Shown: piece after piece, positions 22,785-36,158 of the stretch
Position numbering within the stretch: position 1 is the stretch's first letter
Layout of the letters: each line of letters begins with the position of its first letter
Origin: Ginglymostoma cirratum
Lineage: Eukaryota
Direction: 5' to 3'
Assembly (NCBI GenBank): GCA_024137785.1
Contig: JAHRHZ010000002.1
Coordinates: forward strand, 9,724,049-9,780,693
Length of the DNA stretch: 56,645 nt
Translations under genes and position numbers: made by a program
The notes under the pieces: model-generated
Told to the model about the DNA's origin: nothing
Seen by the model: only the letters and a program-made list of their open reading frames with translations
The model's database searches: none

Positions 22785-23048
22785 GGACGGCACGGAGGCT
22801 CAGTGGTTAGCTCTGCTGCCTCACAGGTTGACCCAGGTTGATTCCACCCTCGGGCAACTGTCTGTGTAGAGTTTGCACATTCTCCCCATATCTGCGTGGG
22901 TTTCTTCCGGGTGCTCCGGTTTCTTTCCACAGTCCAGCAATGTGCATGGATTGACCATGCCAAATTGCCCATAGTATTTAGGGGTGTGTAGATTAGGTGA
23001 GTTATAGGGGAATGGGACTGCGTGGGATGCTCGAAGGGTCAGTGTGGA
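22785..23048 (+). mobile_element. HE1-type V-SINE running into an assembly gap
   Basis: gacggcacggaggctcagtggttagc... followed by the V-domain. Confidence 0.9.
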
Positions 23049-23448
23049 NNNNNNNNNNNNNNNNNNNNNNNNNNNNNNNNNNNNNNNNNNNNNNNNNNNN
23101 NNNNNNNNNNNNNNNNNNNNNNNNNNNNNNNNNNNNNNNNNNNNNNNNNNNNNNNNNNNNNNNNNNNNNNNNNNNNNNNNNNNNNNNNNNNNNNNNNNNN
23201 NNNNNNNNNNNNNNNNNNNNNNNNNNNNNNNNNNNNNNNNNNNNNNNNNNNNNNNNNNNNNNNNNNNNNNNNNNNNNNNNNNNNNNNNNNNNNNNNNNNN
23301 NNNNNNNNNNNNNNNNNNNNNNNNNNNNNNNNNNNNNNNNNNNNNNNNNNNNNNNNNNNNNNNNNNNNNNNNNNNNNNNNNNNNNNNNNNNNNNNNNNNN
23401 NNNNNNNNNNNNNNNNNNNNNNNNNNNNNNNNNNNNNNNNNNNNNNNN
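23049..23448. other. Assembly gap (400 N)
   Basis: Run of N. Confidence 1.
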
Positions 23449-23548
23449 AGAAAGGGTCTAGGCCCGAAACGTCAGCCTTCCTGCTCCTCTGATGCTGCTT
23501 GGCCTGCTGTGTTCATCCAGCTCTACACCTTATTATCCTGATTCTCCA
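23449..23548 (+). mobile_element. Hammerhead-bearing element (subfamily A), right arm
   Basis: agggtctaggcccgaaacgtcagcc...ctgctgtgttcatccagctctacacc. Confidence 0.8.
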
Positions 23549-26517
23549 AATATTGGCCATCATCACAAGCCAGGTCATGGTGATTTTGGTGGTGGGCAAG
23601 TTGCTCAGATGTGCTTCATAGCACTTCTGGGTGTAAAGGGAAAAAAAGAGCAGGTGCAGACTGGAAGAAGCAAAGTCTGTCTCTATTTCACTGCAGCAAG
23701 GTAAATCAAGCCAGGAAATAGTTATAATTTCCTGCCATTTGCTGATGCTATTGCCTCTAATGAGAGACTGTGAAAATGAACAATTCATGTGTAAATCATC
23801 TATCTCTTTGGCAAAGAATGGAAAGATCCTGGAAGGAAAGAACAAAAGGCCTTGAGAATGAAATTAACACCTCATGGACTTTTTTTTGAGCTACATTCCA
23901 CCAGAACATTTTCCTTCAACCATAATGCTGATGTAATTTTAATGATCTGTTTGTGTCTGTGTGCATATGTAAAGGTTTTTAAAGGGAGTTAGAGTTTTAA
24001 CTGGCAGAGTTATCTGTTGATAGTTCATAGTTTTATTTACCTGTTTTGAGAACTTTTTTGTCAGAATCAGTAATACTTGTGGAGCACAGAAATCTGGCCT
24101 TAATCTGACTCCATCAACAAGGTAAATTCGGAACTTTGTGTACTTTGATTAAATCATTTACTTTTGTGGTGACCCCAGAAGTATTGGGACTTGAAGACCA
24201 GTGCACGTTCCCAAAATGGGTCAGAACAAATGTATGTTTTGATGTTTCAGTGGGACACTATCTCATTCAAACATAAGCAAAACAAGATGCGATCTATCAA
24301 ACCCAGTGTTCAGATTGAGACCTGACTTGTCCCATATTATCATCAATTTAGATGAAAACATACATACAGCTGAGATCCCAAAATTCTGCATGTTCTTCAG
24401 TTACTTTAAATCTGGAGATTAAAAAAAGTCACATTCATGCACAGGAAACATTGAGAACTCACCTCCAGGTGGTTCTCAATTGTTTCATTTATTAATTCGT
24501 CAAATAATTGATGTGACTGTATGTTTCACCGTGCTCTTCAATTGTTCCCTGAATTTGGACTGAGTCGCCACATAAATAAATGCGTTTGTGCAACAATTTA
24601 AACTGAGCAGCATAACTGCAACTTCTGCAAAGGTATGCATAGAATCACTGTAATATTCAGGACTAATTCCAGTAATGACATAATATAAGAAATCTATTAC
24701 ATGTAAAAGCCATAGGAGAATGAAGCTGACAGATATGGTGAAGAGTAGAATCATAGACTTTCTCCTATTCTCCGTCTCTGGGTCACTGCAGTTCTGTCCC
24801 TTGCTCTGATTCCTCAGTGCTTTCCGGACTTGACTGGTCACTATAATGTACTTGACTGTCAGAGCATTGAGCAACAGAATTAAAACATATGGGATTAATG
24901 GGGTTAAGACCTTATCAAACCAGTCAAATGCCACCCATGCAGGATCAGCGAAGTAGCTTGGCTTTTAACTGCAGAACCAGGAAATATTGTCAATTATCAC
25001 TTCATGTTCAATTGTGAAGTAGAGGGGAATGCCTTTTAAACAGAGAAGAATGCAGGTAGTTGTCTGAACGAGGGCTGCAATTCTTCCAGTGCAATATTTT
25101 GTTTTTAGCTTCTGACAACAAATGGCTACAAATTGATCGGAGGAGAAAGTGACGGTCAGCCAGACAGAACATTCTGAGGATGCAGAAATCAGGACAAGAT
25201 TAATACTGCACAGAGGGGTGATGCTGAGGAATGATTCTGGGAAATAATGTGAATTAATTTTCCTTAGTATAAATGCGGTGATAACAACCAGTAAATCTGC
25301 TGTTGCCATGGATATCAGGTAGCGAGAGGTGCAGATGGACAGTCCACACTTTCTTCGTGACAAGATCACAATTGCCAGTAGATTAACTGCCAGGAAGACA
25401 AAGGAAAACAAACTGGAAATTACTGATCAACCATTCTCTATGTTGAACCTCGGGAGTGAGGGCAAATTTCTATACCAAAAAACAATAGATTTGGAAGGGT
25501 AAAGAAGAGATATTTTCGGAAAAGAAAATCAAGCATGACTTGAATTTGCCTAAATCAATGTTTAGAGTTTGGAAAAAGGCAGACAAATAACTATGCCTAA
25601 AAATTGGATGACAATTTATCATTTGTATAACATATAAAAATCTATGAGTTTACCTGAATTATATCATTTATTCTGTCTGTCATTGTTTGCCATGTTTCGT
25701 CATAAATCCCAGACAAAGATACCAGAGATTAACAACTGGAAATGACTCCTGAAGCACCCTAGAAGCAGACATTCAGAAATGGGATCATGCATCTAATCAA
25801 ATAATCTGTTTTTGGATATCGTGGGGATGTAGGGGAACAATTGGGTGTTAGACAAGAGATACATGAAGGTCATTGCTCAGGAGTATATGTTAAGAAATGA
25901 TACAAAGGACAAATGACGGACACTTAAATCAGTTAATCAAGTTAAAAGACAAAGATGATCTACGAATTCAAATTATTAAACAAAACAAAATAAAACATTC
26001 TATAAACAGACATAAAAATGTAGCACTGTAATAGAAATAGTTAATGGTGGATGGGCAGTTAATGACAGGGAGGTAGCAAACATAATAAATAATCGTTTGT
26101 TTGGCCTTATTCTGTACCCGACAGCTGAAGAAACATGGTCATGTTAAAGAAAAAAAAGCAAGATTAACAATGAGGTAAGGATATTTTGAATAAAAATAGA
26201 TGTATTGCAATGATATAAATAAATCAAAAGAGGAAATAAGACTGTGGTCTACATGCAGTATAAAGGTACCTAGACAAGATATAGCAGTCCCAAAGTTGCA
26301 CGTAGGTTTTTAATCATGTTCGAGAATGTGCACCAGGGTGGTTGAATGAGTCAAATGAGGGAATGTGGAGTTAGGGGACAAGTGGCAGAATGAATTTCTG
26401 TCTAGCATGAAGACAGAAAACAGAGCATCTAGTCAAGGATAATTACTCCAGAGGTGGGAAGTTGTGTTCGTGAGGATCGGGGATGGCATCACATCTTTTT
26501 ACATATTACATTAATTG

Positions 26518-26835
26518 TAGGGTAGAGGAGTCCAAAACTAGAGGGCATAGGTTTAACGTGAGAGGATAAAGATTTAAAAGGGACCTAAGGGGCAACTTTT
26601 TCATGCAGAGGGTGTGCGTGTATGGAATGAGCTGCCAGAGGAAGTGTTAGAGGCTGGTACAATTACAACATTTAAAAGGTATCTGGATAGGCACATGGAT
26701 AAGAAGGGTTTCAAGGGACATGAGCTGAAAACTGGCAAATGGGACTAGATTAATTTAAGATATCCAGTCAGCATGGATGAGTTAAACCGAATGGTCTGTT
26801 TCCACTACATACAGCTCTATGTTTTTATGACTCCA
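26518..26835 (+). mobile_element. CR1/HER1 LINE 3' end (in GPCR intron)
   Basis: gagtccaaaactagagggcataggttt...gagctgccagaggaagt...tail. Older degenerate CR1 sequence flanks it at about 25850-26515. Confidence 0.88.
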
Positions 26836-27296
26836 ATGATTTTGATGCTGGAATCAAGAACACAGGTTGTAAAATTGCAGCTAACAAACAGTTAAGGAGA
26901 AGTTAGAGATAAGCACATGAAGGAGAAAAGATTCAATGACCATAACAGTGAACCTGATGAGAAAGAAATTAAGGGCCACTGAATGAAGAAAAGATATTGT
27001 CATTGTCTGCTTGGAACAAATTGCCACTTTTGTTGCGTTGTGTACCTGATGTAATCACTATTTACATTGAAAACATTTTCAACAACAAAATGCTCACTCT
27101 TTGTCATTGATTATGTCTGAAAACAACGGAGGCTGATTCATTGAGAAAATATTGCAGAAATGATATTTTACAACAAAAGGAAAAAAAATCCTTTTTCACT
27201 CCAGGGACTGAACCATGTTCAGTATTATGCTACAGTGACCAACACCTTCTCTCTCAGGGTCTCCTGTAGTGATCACTGACTTGGCTGGACATTATT

Positions 27297-27608
27297 AGAT
27301 AGAATCCCTACAGTGTGGAAACAGGCTCTTTGGCCCAACAAGTCCACACCAAACCTCAGAGCACCCCACCCAGACTCATCCCCCTACAACCCACTTAATC
27401 TACACCTCCCTGAACACTACAAGCAATTTAGCATGGCCAATCCACCTAACCTGCACATCTTTGGACTGTGGGAGGAAACTGGAGTACCTGGAGGAAACAC
27501 ATGCAGACATGGGGAGAATGTGCAACCTCCACACAGACAGTTACCTGAGGGTGGAATCGAACCTGGGTCCCTGGTGCTGTGAGGCAGCGGTGCTAGCCAC
27601 TGTGCCCA
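27297..27608 (-). mobile_element. HE1-type V-SINE
   Basis: Full head, V-domain and tail on -. Confidence 0.93.
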
Positions 27609-28659
27609 CCCCAATTATGTACCACTAAAGGAAATAACTTGATCAAAATCAATGAGACTGAGAGTTACAAACATGCTTATTGTCTTTCTAAGCAATTTAA
27701 CAAAACTACAAATGTAATTCATGAAATTAGGCTGATAAATTAAGACATCACTGATCAGCATCTGGGTATAGATCATTGTTGGATGAACGGCATAATTATC
27801 AAATAAGACTAAAATGAAAGAATGATTCCTTATCAATGATTTACATATTTCAACACTCAAAAAAATCCAGAAACTGCAATTTAAAATGAAAAAAAAACAA
27901 TATTTTTCATTCCAGGAACTGACCCACATTCAGTATAATGTGACAGTGGTAAACACTTACCAGGAACGCCAATGACTGCAAGAATTGTATAATATGCTTT
28001 CTTGATAGTGAGAAGTGTTTCCATATTTTTCCCTGTGAAGCGATCTGTCCCTTGGTGCTGCTGACAATCTCTGTAAATTAGACTCTGAGGCAATATACTC
28101 ACAGAGCCTTAAATTTGTATTTTGTGGCATCGCCATGAGGGAATCGACATTGCGCAATTGTTCAAAGTAGTTTCTTTAGAGACAAGGAGAACCTAACTGT
28201 GGTGAACATTTTAACTCATTATTATGAGGGAATATATTTATCACTTAGATTGAATAGGAGATTCGGAAAAAATGAACAATTTTCATCTCATTAATTTGCT
28301 AACTCAAATTGCAAACTGCAGTCTGACGCCAATAGTTTTAATCAACGCTTCACAATGCACAAGAGGCCAGAATTGATGAAAGTATGATAATTTGGAAGGA
28401 TCTGGGACTCAAGATAGTGGGGGTAGGAGGTTTAAAATTCTAGGTGAAAATATGTCTGAAGAGTCAGGCTGAAGTTTAACCACAAGAGGACAGGGCGGTT
28501 TAAAAGAAAGAAACAAAATTAAGAGACCCGAGAGAGAAAGAAATACTTGGGAGAATATAAGATCTATCCAAACCTCCCAGAAGAGCAAGGGACCTGCTTG
28601 TGACATTACCTAACCTCAGTTATAAAAGAGGTGACAGGTGAAATGAAAATAACAGAAAT

Positions 28660-29015
28660 CTTTCACAGGATATGAACATAATTGGCCAGGCCAGGATTTA
28701 TTGCCCATCCCTCAAAGCCCAGAGGTACTTGAGAGCCGACCATATTGCTGTGGGTCTGGAATCACATGTAGGCCAGATTGGTAAGAGCAACCAATTTCCT
28801 AAATCTAATAACGTTTTAGATCTAAAGGATATTTATGAACCAGATGAGTTTTTCCAAAACCCAACAATGGTTTCATGGTTACGTTCAACTGCTTTTAAAA
28901 ATTGAATTTAAATTCCACCATCTGCTATATGAGCATTTGAGCCTAGGTCCCCACAGCATTATCAGGGTCTTTTGACTAATAATGTAGTGATAATACCACT
29001 GGACAACTACCCTTC
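28660..29015 (-). mobile_element. tRNA-type SINE (second family), full length
   Basis: Reverse complement of the 20785-20890 plus 22385-22625 element (tgctgtgggtctggaatcacatgtaggccag; ttccaccatctgc). Confidence 0.75.
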
Positions 29016-29399
29016 GACACAACAGCAGCTGAATGCAAGGGCCACGACATAACAACACGAGACAAAGCATCAAAAAGCAGACAAAAATATTTTCTCAGTA
29101 TTGTTAAGGTCATATTGTATTTAACTGTTTAACTAACTCTTTTAAGCGTGGAGACAGGTTCGATGATAGCTATACAGATGATAGTATACATGGACTTAGA
29201 CCTCCAACAGGTTTTTAATGAAACACCACACAACAGATCTGGGTGAAAGATTGCAGTACAGGGAATAAGAACAGTGGAAACATAGATATAACAATGACAG
29301 AGATGATAATCAGAGCAGTGATGAATGTTTAGCTTCTAAGACTGTGGAAGATTTATATTAAGGTTTTACGGATATTGGTGTCAGGAACCTGTGTTCTTT

Positions 29400-30022
29400 T
29401 AGCCTTTATTGGTCAGTGCATTGAGTATAGGAATTGTCACGTTGCTGCTGTACAGGACATTAGTGAGGCCATTTTTGGAATGTTGCATTTCTATTCTGTT
29501 CTCACTGCTATGCGAAAGATGTTGTTAAACTTGAAAGGGTGCAGAAAACAAATGCAACAATCTTTCTGGGATTGGAGGGTTTAAGCTATAAGGCGAGACT
29601 GAATAGACTGGGGCTATTTTCCCTAAAGCATTGGAGGCTGAAGGGTGACCTTATAGAGTTTTATGAAATCATGAAGGGCACAGATAAGGTAAATAGCCAA
29701 GGTCTTTTTCCCAGGGTAGAGGTGTCCAAAACTAGAGGACATAGGTTTAAGTTTAGAAGGGAAATATATAAAAGGGACCTAATCAGCAACTTTTTCAAAC
29801 AAATGGTGGTGTGTATATGGAATCAGCTGCCAGATGAAGTGGTAGATGCTTGTATAATGACAACATTTAAAAGACATCTGTGTAGGTACATGAAAAGAAA
29901 AAGTTTAAAGGGATATTGGCGAAATGCTGGCAAATGGGATTATATTAATTTAAGATATTTGGTCAGCATGGACGAGTTGGTATGAAGTGTCTTTTCCATG
30001 TTGCTCACTTCTCTGACTCTAC
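29400..30022 (+). mobile_element. CR1/HER1 LINE 3' fragment
   Basis: LEGLSYKARLNRLGLFSLKHWRLKGDLIEFYEIMKG...WNQLPDEVV. Confidence 0.92.
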
Positions 30023-30815
30023 AAGTTAATGACAAAGACTCTTGTGTCTGGGGCAAAATTTCAAAATTGTGGGTGCTGCAATGTCTTCATAGCGGTTTTA
30101 TACTCCAATATCTATCCCTCTATCAATATATCAATAAAACTTGGATGTGTTGTGAACCGTGAGGAGAATAATGTTGCATTCATCTTCAAAATGACATTGA
30201 CAAATTGGTGGAATGGACAGACAAGTGTTAGATAAAATCTAATGCAAGAAAATATGAAGTGATTAATTTTGGTAGAAAGAACATGGAGACACAAAATGAA
30301 ATTAAAAGTAATGAGTTTATTCTTCAGTCAATATAGGGTGCTGCTGTGATTATATCTTAAGTACTGTGCACAGTGTCGGTCATCTTGTTTAAAGAATGTT
30401 TCATTAGACTAATACCTGGAATAAGAAGAATGTCTTATGAGGAAAGATTGGCTAGATTTTGATCCGCTGGAGAGAAGAAGAGCAACAGGTAAATTGATTG
30501 AAATTTATTGTCCTGAATTGTGTTTCAACTTGCAAAGAAATTGATTTTCAGACTCAAGAATGGAACCCATTTGCATCCTGGAGACTGCTGCATATTCCTT
30601 TGTCTCTTTAACGTTTTTATCTAGCTTTCCCGCTTCCTCTTAAACGCACCCTATTTTAAATACCAAAATGCTTTTTCAAAGAGACAGCATTCTTGCTTTT
30701 GTGATGATTCCAATGTATTATATACACATAGTCGATAAGAAGCTGTCTCACTACTAATGCAGACCGAAATATATCTTAAAAGAATGTGGGATTGATCAGA
30801 GAATCAGATGAGCTT

Positions 30816-30900
30816 GAGATAACAAGGCGTAGAGCTGGATAAACACAACAGGCCAAGCAGCATCAGAGAGGGAGGAAGGCTGACATTTCGGGCCTAGACC
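30816..30900 (-). mobile_element. Hammerhead-bearing element (subfamily A), single arm
   Basis: gataacaaggcgtagagctgg...tttcgggcctagacc; 7-bp TSD tgagctt at 30809 and 30901. Confidence 0.82.
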
Positions 30901-30959
30901 TGAGCTTACTTGTTGCACTAAGATAGTTGGCAGATCAGAAGAATTAGCAAGAGTTGTCA

Positions 30960-31365
30960 GTATTCCCTTAGATGGTAGTCTTCTTGATTCTGAGTCACAA
31001 GGGCACTACTTAGGGACTGCTGCAAAGTCAAGATACTAACTTTTCATGAGGTTTCAAACTGACGCCCTATCTCGTTGGTTATGTGAAAGTAAAATATCTT
31101 ATGGCACCGTTTCAAAGGAAAGCCACTGAATGTGGCTGTGCACGTGGCCAATATCTATCCCTCTGTCAATATCTCAAAACAGTTGGACTGATCGCTATCT
31201 CATTTTGAAAACAAATGTGTGAGTTTGCTATATGCAAATCTGTGTTTTTTTTTCCACCTTACAACAGTGAGTGCTCTTCTAAAGTACTTCATTGGCGGTA
31301 ATGAGTTTTAAGATATTAAGTGATTGTGTGATTGTGAAAATGTTTATGAACTAGCTTTTCTTTTA
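30960..31365 (+). mobile_element. Deu-domain SINE (SacSINE1/AmnSINE1-like), degenerate
   Basis: taaaatatcttatggcacc...tggccaatatctatccctc...ttacaacagtgagtgctcttctaaagtacttcattggc resembles the Deu domain as I recall it. Confidence 0.7.
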
Positions 31366-31896
31366 AAAAAAGAACAAAAAGTGGAGCTGGAAAGACTGAC
31401 CAATGAAAATAATAGCAATGAGACAAAAACAGTAATTTAAAATGTTTAAATGTGGCCTTGGATTGAGGTTTCTGTTCCATAAACAATTGAGAGACGCACC
31501 GTAAAATAGCATAGAAAGTGTTTCGTTATTTTCAGGTTCCTTTTCTCTTAGAGTGTTAGTATGGGTTTGTTTACAGGAAAATTAGTCAGCGGAAGGAACA
31601 AAAAGGAAGAAAATGTTGTGCAGGAAATTCCCTTTTTTTGATGCTGGAGCACTTGACATTTCGTTGATTTAAACACTGATATAGGATTTTGCATCCTCTA
31701 GTTGGAAACTACCTACTGACCCAGGCAGGGACATGTATCTGCAATATTATCAGCTAAATGGCACTGGATCTTCAGTGACAAGAATAAATCACACCTACAA
31801 GACTGTATTGCTAGCAGTGCTAATTTATAATCTAATTGTGTGGAGTGTGTTATGTTAAAGAAGTCAAAAAATGTTTTGTTTTTGGCTAATTGTGGG

Positions 31897-32242
31897 TTAG
31901 AATCCCTTCAGTGTGGAAGCAGCCCACTAGACCCATCGAGTCCACCCTGACTCTCTGAATGCTAGTCCAACCAGACCACTAACCTCTCCCTGTAACCCTG
32001 CATTTCGCATGGCTAACCCACTTAGTCTGCATATCCCTGGACACCATGGGCAATTTTGCATGGCCAATTCACCTAACCTGCACATCCTTGAACTGTGGGA
32101 GGAAACTGGCGCACCCAGAGGAAGCCCTGGAAGACAAGCAGAGAATGTGTAAACTCCACACAGACAGTCGCCAGAGGTTGGAATCAAACCCAAGTTCCTG
32201 ATGCTATGAGGCAGCAGTGTTCGCCACCAAGCCACTGTGTTG
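31897..32242 (-). mobile_element. HE1-type V-SINE
   Basis: agaatcccttcagtgtggaagcag...gggcaattttgcatggccaattcacctaacctgcac. Confidence 0.9.
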
Positions 32243-32539
32243 CCTATTGGAGATACATTGTTATTTGGAGCAACTCTTGTCATAATGCGTAGGGTTATCT
32301 CTAACAGTTTTTTTTTACTGAACTTGCCTATCATGCCCATATGGGCGTATGTCACATCTGACTCTATCCCCATTTTAATATGCGCCATTACTGGAATAGC
32401 TCCACTACTCACCAGATATATGCTAAAAGACCTGCATATCTGGTGCCTGTGCTATCTTGAAAAGACCACTGTGCAGCTGGTAAGCATTGACAATATGAAG
32501 CTACCCTGCTTGGTCAAAGACAAATCTGAACATGTTGGA

Positions 32540-32750
32540 GATGGGGAAAATGGTGTCACAATTCTCCAGGAGGGGCTTGGAAGTCCTGGTGGAGGGAATA
32601 GTGCTAAAGACGGGTGTCATCTTCCTGAAGAACTGGTGGAGAAGGCTGTACCACCAGACCCTCAATTCTTAGTCCACGGTTGGCACCCGATCAGCGCTGT
32701 CTCACTAGTGTGGTGTAACTGCCAATAGCACTTTAAAAAGCCTTCTCCAT
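32540..32750 (+). mobile_element. Decayed Myb/SANT-like domain (Harbinger ORF2/NAIF1 type)
   Basis: Translation QFSRRGLEVLVEGIVLKTGVIF...*STVGTR/SAVSLVWCNCQ*HFKK fits the F-S-x-x-E-L-E-V-L-V...W...V-S-A-V-S...Q-C-x-K-K pattern, with stops and a frameshift. Confidence 0.55.
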
Positions 32751-34299
32751 TCCCCCATGTAAATTGTTCTCTCTGCAGCCTCACATATCACAAGGCAATG
32801 AAGAAATCTGTGCTGCGCAAAACTCGAGCAGTAATTTCAGTTGAGGGGCAGATATAAAGTTAAATAACAAAGCACAAAAAGGTCTAGTTCCACTTGCATG
32901 GCTCCGATGTTAGATTTGCAAAAGCCAACATTTCCTCTCTGGCTAAAGACTGGAATGTACTATATAGTATTCATGGATGCATTTGCATGACAAATAGGAA
33001 AAACAAAATCCCAGCGTTGTTATATCCCATCTATTGGAGTTAAAACCCACTTTTAACAGGTGTTCATTAATCTGTCAGTACGTTAATGAACATTTGCAAG
33101 TGTGATATGACATTTTAATTGGAGTTTCTAAAACCTTCACTTCTAATGCTTACACATGTTCCTTTAAATATTTTATGCCTACCACATTTCATATGTGTTA
33201 TCTTTCTCTTTCATTTTCAGCACTTGATCTGCTATTGAATTTACCTTCCTCCCTTCTCAATCCTTGCATTGAATCTGTCCAAATCCTTGGACAACGTGCA
33301 ATCAGCTTCCCTGTTCAGCCAAGTCGTGGATATTTGATCAGGATCCATCGCTGAGGAAACACCAATGAGAAAATTTGAAGTAACTTTCTGAAAACTGCAT
33401 CCAACAGTGTTATGTTACACTGGAACAATGGGGGGAAATGAATGTTTCGTGAGTATTGTATTAAAATGCAAATGGTTGGTAAAGAGGAATAAGGTAATGG
33501 AAATGAGAAATGGGACAAAATACCTGAGAGACAGGTATGGAAGAGGTAGGGGTAGATTCATGTGGAAAACGAGTGTGCAATGGTGAGTGGGCGATGTGGG
33601 AATAGGAGCAAGTATCAGGAAATTGTCAAAGTAAATGAGAAATGGGAAAATGTAGAGTGATGTTTGGATTAAAAAGTAGTGGAATAGGGAACAAGGCAGA
33701 GGCAGTGTGGAATGAGTGAGTCATTGACAAAAGGAATGGGGCATGGGGAAAAGGAAACAGGAAGATATGGGGGAGAGGGGAAAGGAGAGGGGTTAAGTTA
33801 GGATGTAATGGGGAGAGGTTAATGGGCAAGGGCTAATCACAAAAAGTGGTGTTAGTCTCTCACTACTGTTGCTGTGGGAAATTATTTTGAAGCAAACTGT
33901 ACAATGAACACATTAGGCAGAGAAGTATTATTTATTCATGATCTTTCAAAGGCAATATTCATTGGGTTTATTCCCTCTATGTTATCTCCTCCATCTATGA
34001 CTCCATATCTCTCCATAATCCTCCTGGCATACACCTCTCCCTATTCTCTACTTCTACATGTCCTATAACTTAACTATTTCTATAAGGGACAATCACAGTA
34101 ATATTTATGTTCTCAATTGTCTCCCACTAGACCTGAAAGAATCCTTATCATCCTTGCCAACTCCTCCAGATCGAAAATGTCTCCAATATTCTGAAACCTG
34201 TTTCAGCCGTTGAACTTTTCACTATTTCAGTAATTTCTTACAGTCCACCCAAACCTGTATCATTCAGCCTGCTCTATGTGGATTGCCACATTTTGGGCA

Positions 34300-35017
34300 T
34301 TATACTGGCAGCTACAATGAAGACAAAGATTACATTTTCACAGCAGGGCAGCATTTGATTAACTGAGGGATCTAGAAGCAGAAGGCAGCAGGAATAGTTA
34401 ATTGGGTCATTAAGAAGGCAAACCAGACTCTTGCCTGCATCAGTTATGGCATAGATTTATAGGAGAAGGAGGATATTGTGGGAGCTCTACAGGTTTTTGG
34501 TTATCAACAGCTGAACCACAGTGTGCAGTTCTGGTGACCACACTACGGAAAGGATGTGGTTTCACTGAGGAGGATACAGAGGATATTGCCTGGATTGGAG
34601 TACTTTACCTATAAAAGGGCCCGAATTAGCTCGTGTTGCTTTCTTTGGAGCAGAGAATACTAAGTGGTATCTGATTAACGTAGATAATGTTATGTAGGAC
34701 ATAGACAAGGTGGATGGAAAGCACCAGTTCTCACTAGTTGAAGGGCCAATACCAAGATGGCATAATTTCAAAGTGAAAGGCAGGAGATGTAGAGGGGATT
34801 TAGGAAAGAAAATTCACACAGATGTTACAGGTGTCTAGAATACACTGCTTGGAAGGGTATTTGAGGTGGAAAACCTTCAAAAAGCACTTAGCTGAGCAGT
34901 TGAAATTTCAGCCCATTTAAGTCTCTCTGTCAATCGCTAGAAAGTGGGAATGGAGCATTTTTGCTGGAACAGACTTCGTTGAGCCAAAGTGCTTTTACTG
35001 AACTGTATGATTCTATG
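34300..35017 (+). mobile_element. CR1 LINE 3' fragment, degenerate
   Basis: gtgtgcagttctggtgaccacactacggaaggatgtg...tail tatgattctatga. Confidence 0.8.
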
Positions 35018-36067
35018 AGTCAATGTATCTGTAATTCCGCGCAACAACCTGGTGTAAATTATATAGTATTTTTGAAACATTGTAGATCCATTCAGAAAAA
35101 AAGCATAGATTCATTCAAATCAAACTTAGTTTAATTAATTTGATTAAATTGATTGATTCATTCATTTCTTTTATTATGAGCGTGCGAGGAGATAATACAA
35201 GGATACTGCAGTTTAGTGTATGCCCTCTTCTGAAAAGCCACATAAAGAATCATGTTAAAAAAGTGTCACTAAATATGAAATCCATAAAATAGAAAGCAGC
35301 CAACCTACATTTGCTGATAATAATGAACAAAATTCATGACATTGTAGGCAGGGTTGGTGTATATATGTATAATAACAAATATATAATTCGAAACAAGACA
35401 TTGATAGATTAATTGAACTGTAGCAAATCAATTCAAGATCATCAAACATGAATCCATTCATTGCTAAATAGGGAAAATTTTTAAACAGCACAGACGAAAT
35501 GAGACATTGTTAACATGACATTCATAACCATTCTGTCTACCCCAGTCATTCTTTGCCTCTCCAAATGTATGGAAGTCCTATCTTTCAGAATCACTTATAG
35601 TTTTAGAATGCAATCAACTTTTACATACACTCCCAAACCATTCAAACATCAATGTATTTGGTGAAATGTCACATAATTGTGAAACAAATTTATTGCATCA
35701 CTGAAGAAAATCTGGGTATATCTACAAACAGAGATGAACGTTTCAATCTCAGTGAATTTTCCATTCATCTCAACAGACTCAAACAAAAATCTACTGTTAA
35801 AACTGATGACGAAATTCAAACCACAGTAAAGGTTATGAACTCAAACTTATCACAAAATATCACAAACAACAATGAGGATTACGTAACATGAACCCTGCAG
35901 ATGCACTATCATCACCACATTAACTGCCAGCAAGACCTTCATCCCTTGCAAACTGACATTCAGGAAATAAACATGTTCTTCAATTGCTCATAGCAATAGA
36001 AAACAGCATTTTGTGGTACTGACAGGAAATGGACTGCTGCAATTTAAGAAAGTATCTCACACACACC

Positions 36068-36158
36068 AGGGTCTAGGCCCGAAACGTCAGCTTTCCTGCT
36101 CCTATGATGCTGCTTGGCCTGCTGTGTTCATCCAGCTCCACACCTTGTTGTCCCATCT
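36068..36158 (+). mobile_element. Hammerhead-family element (subfamily A), single arm
   Basis: gggtctaggcccgaaacgtcagc...catccagctccacaccttgtt. Confidence 0.8.

Larger units (their letters stand above)
24500..28024 (-). pseudogene. GPR139/GPR142-like orphan class A GPCR pseudogene; exon 1 28024..27961, exon 2 25386..24500
   Basis: Exon 1 METLLTIKKAYYTILAVIGVP with a phase-1 GTAAG donor. Exon 2 VNLLAIVILSRRKCGLS...SVWLTVTFSSDQFVAICC...CCTNAFIY. In-frame TAA at 24965-24967, with the reading frame kept on both sides. Confidence 0.9.

Noticed and set aside
22997-23541. Long ORFs spanning N runs (also 41646-42489)
   Set aside because: Artefacts of translating assembly gaps.
23690-24345. Possible additional decayed LTR(s)
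   Set aside because: LTR-like composition, but I could not fix termini or a TSD.
32237-32728. 163-aa ORF as a host gene
   Set aside because: It starts in a SINE end and overlaps a decayed Myb/SANT transposon remnant read mostly in another frame; no splice or family support.
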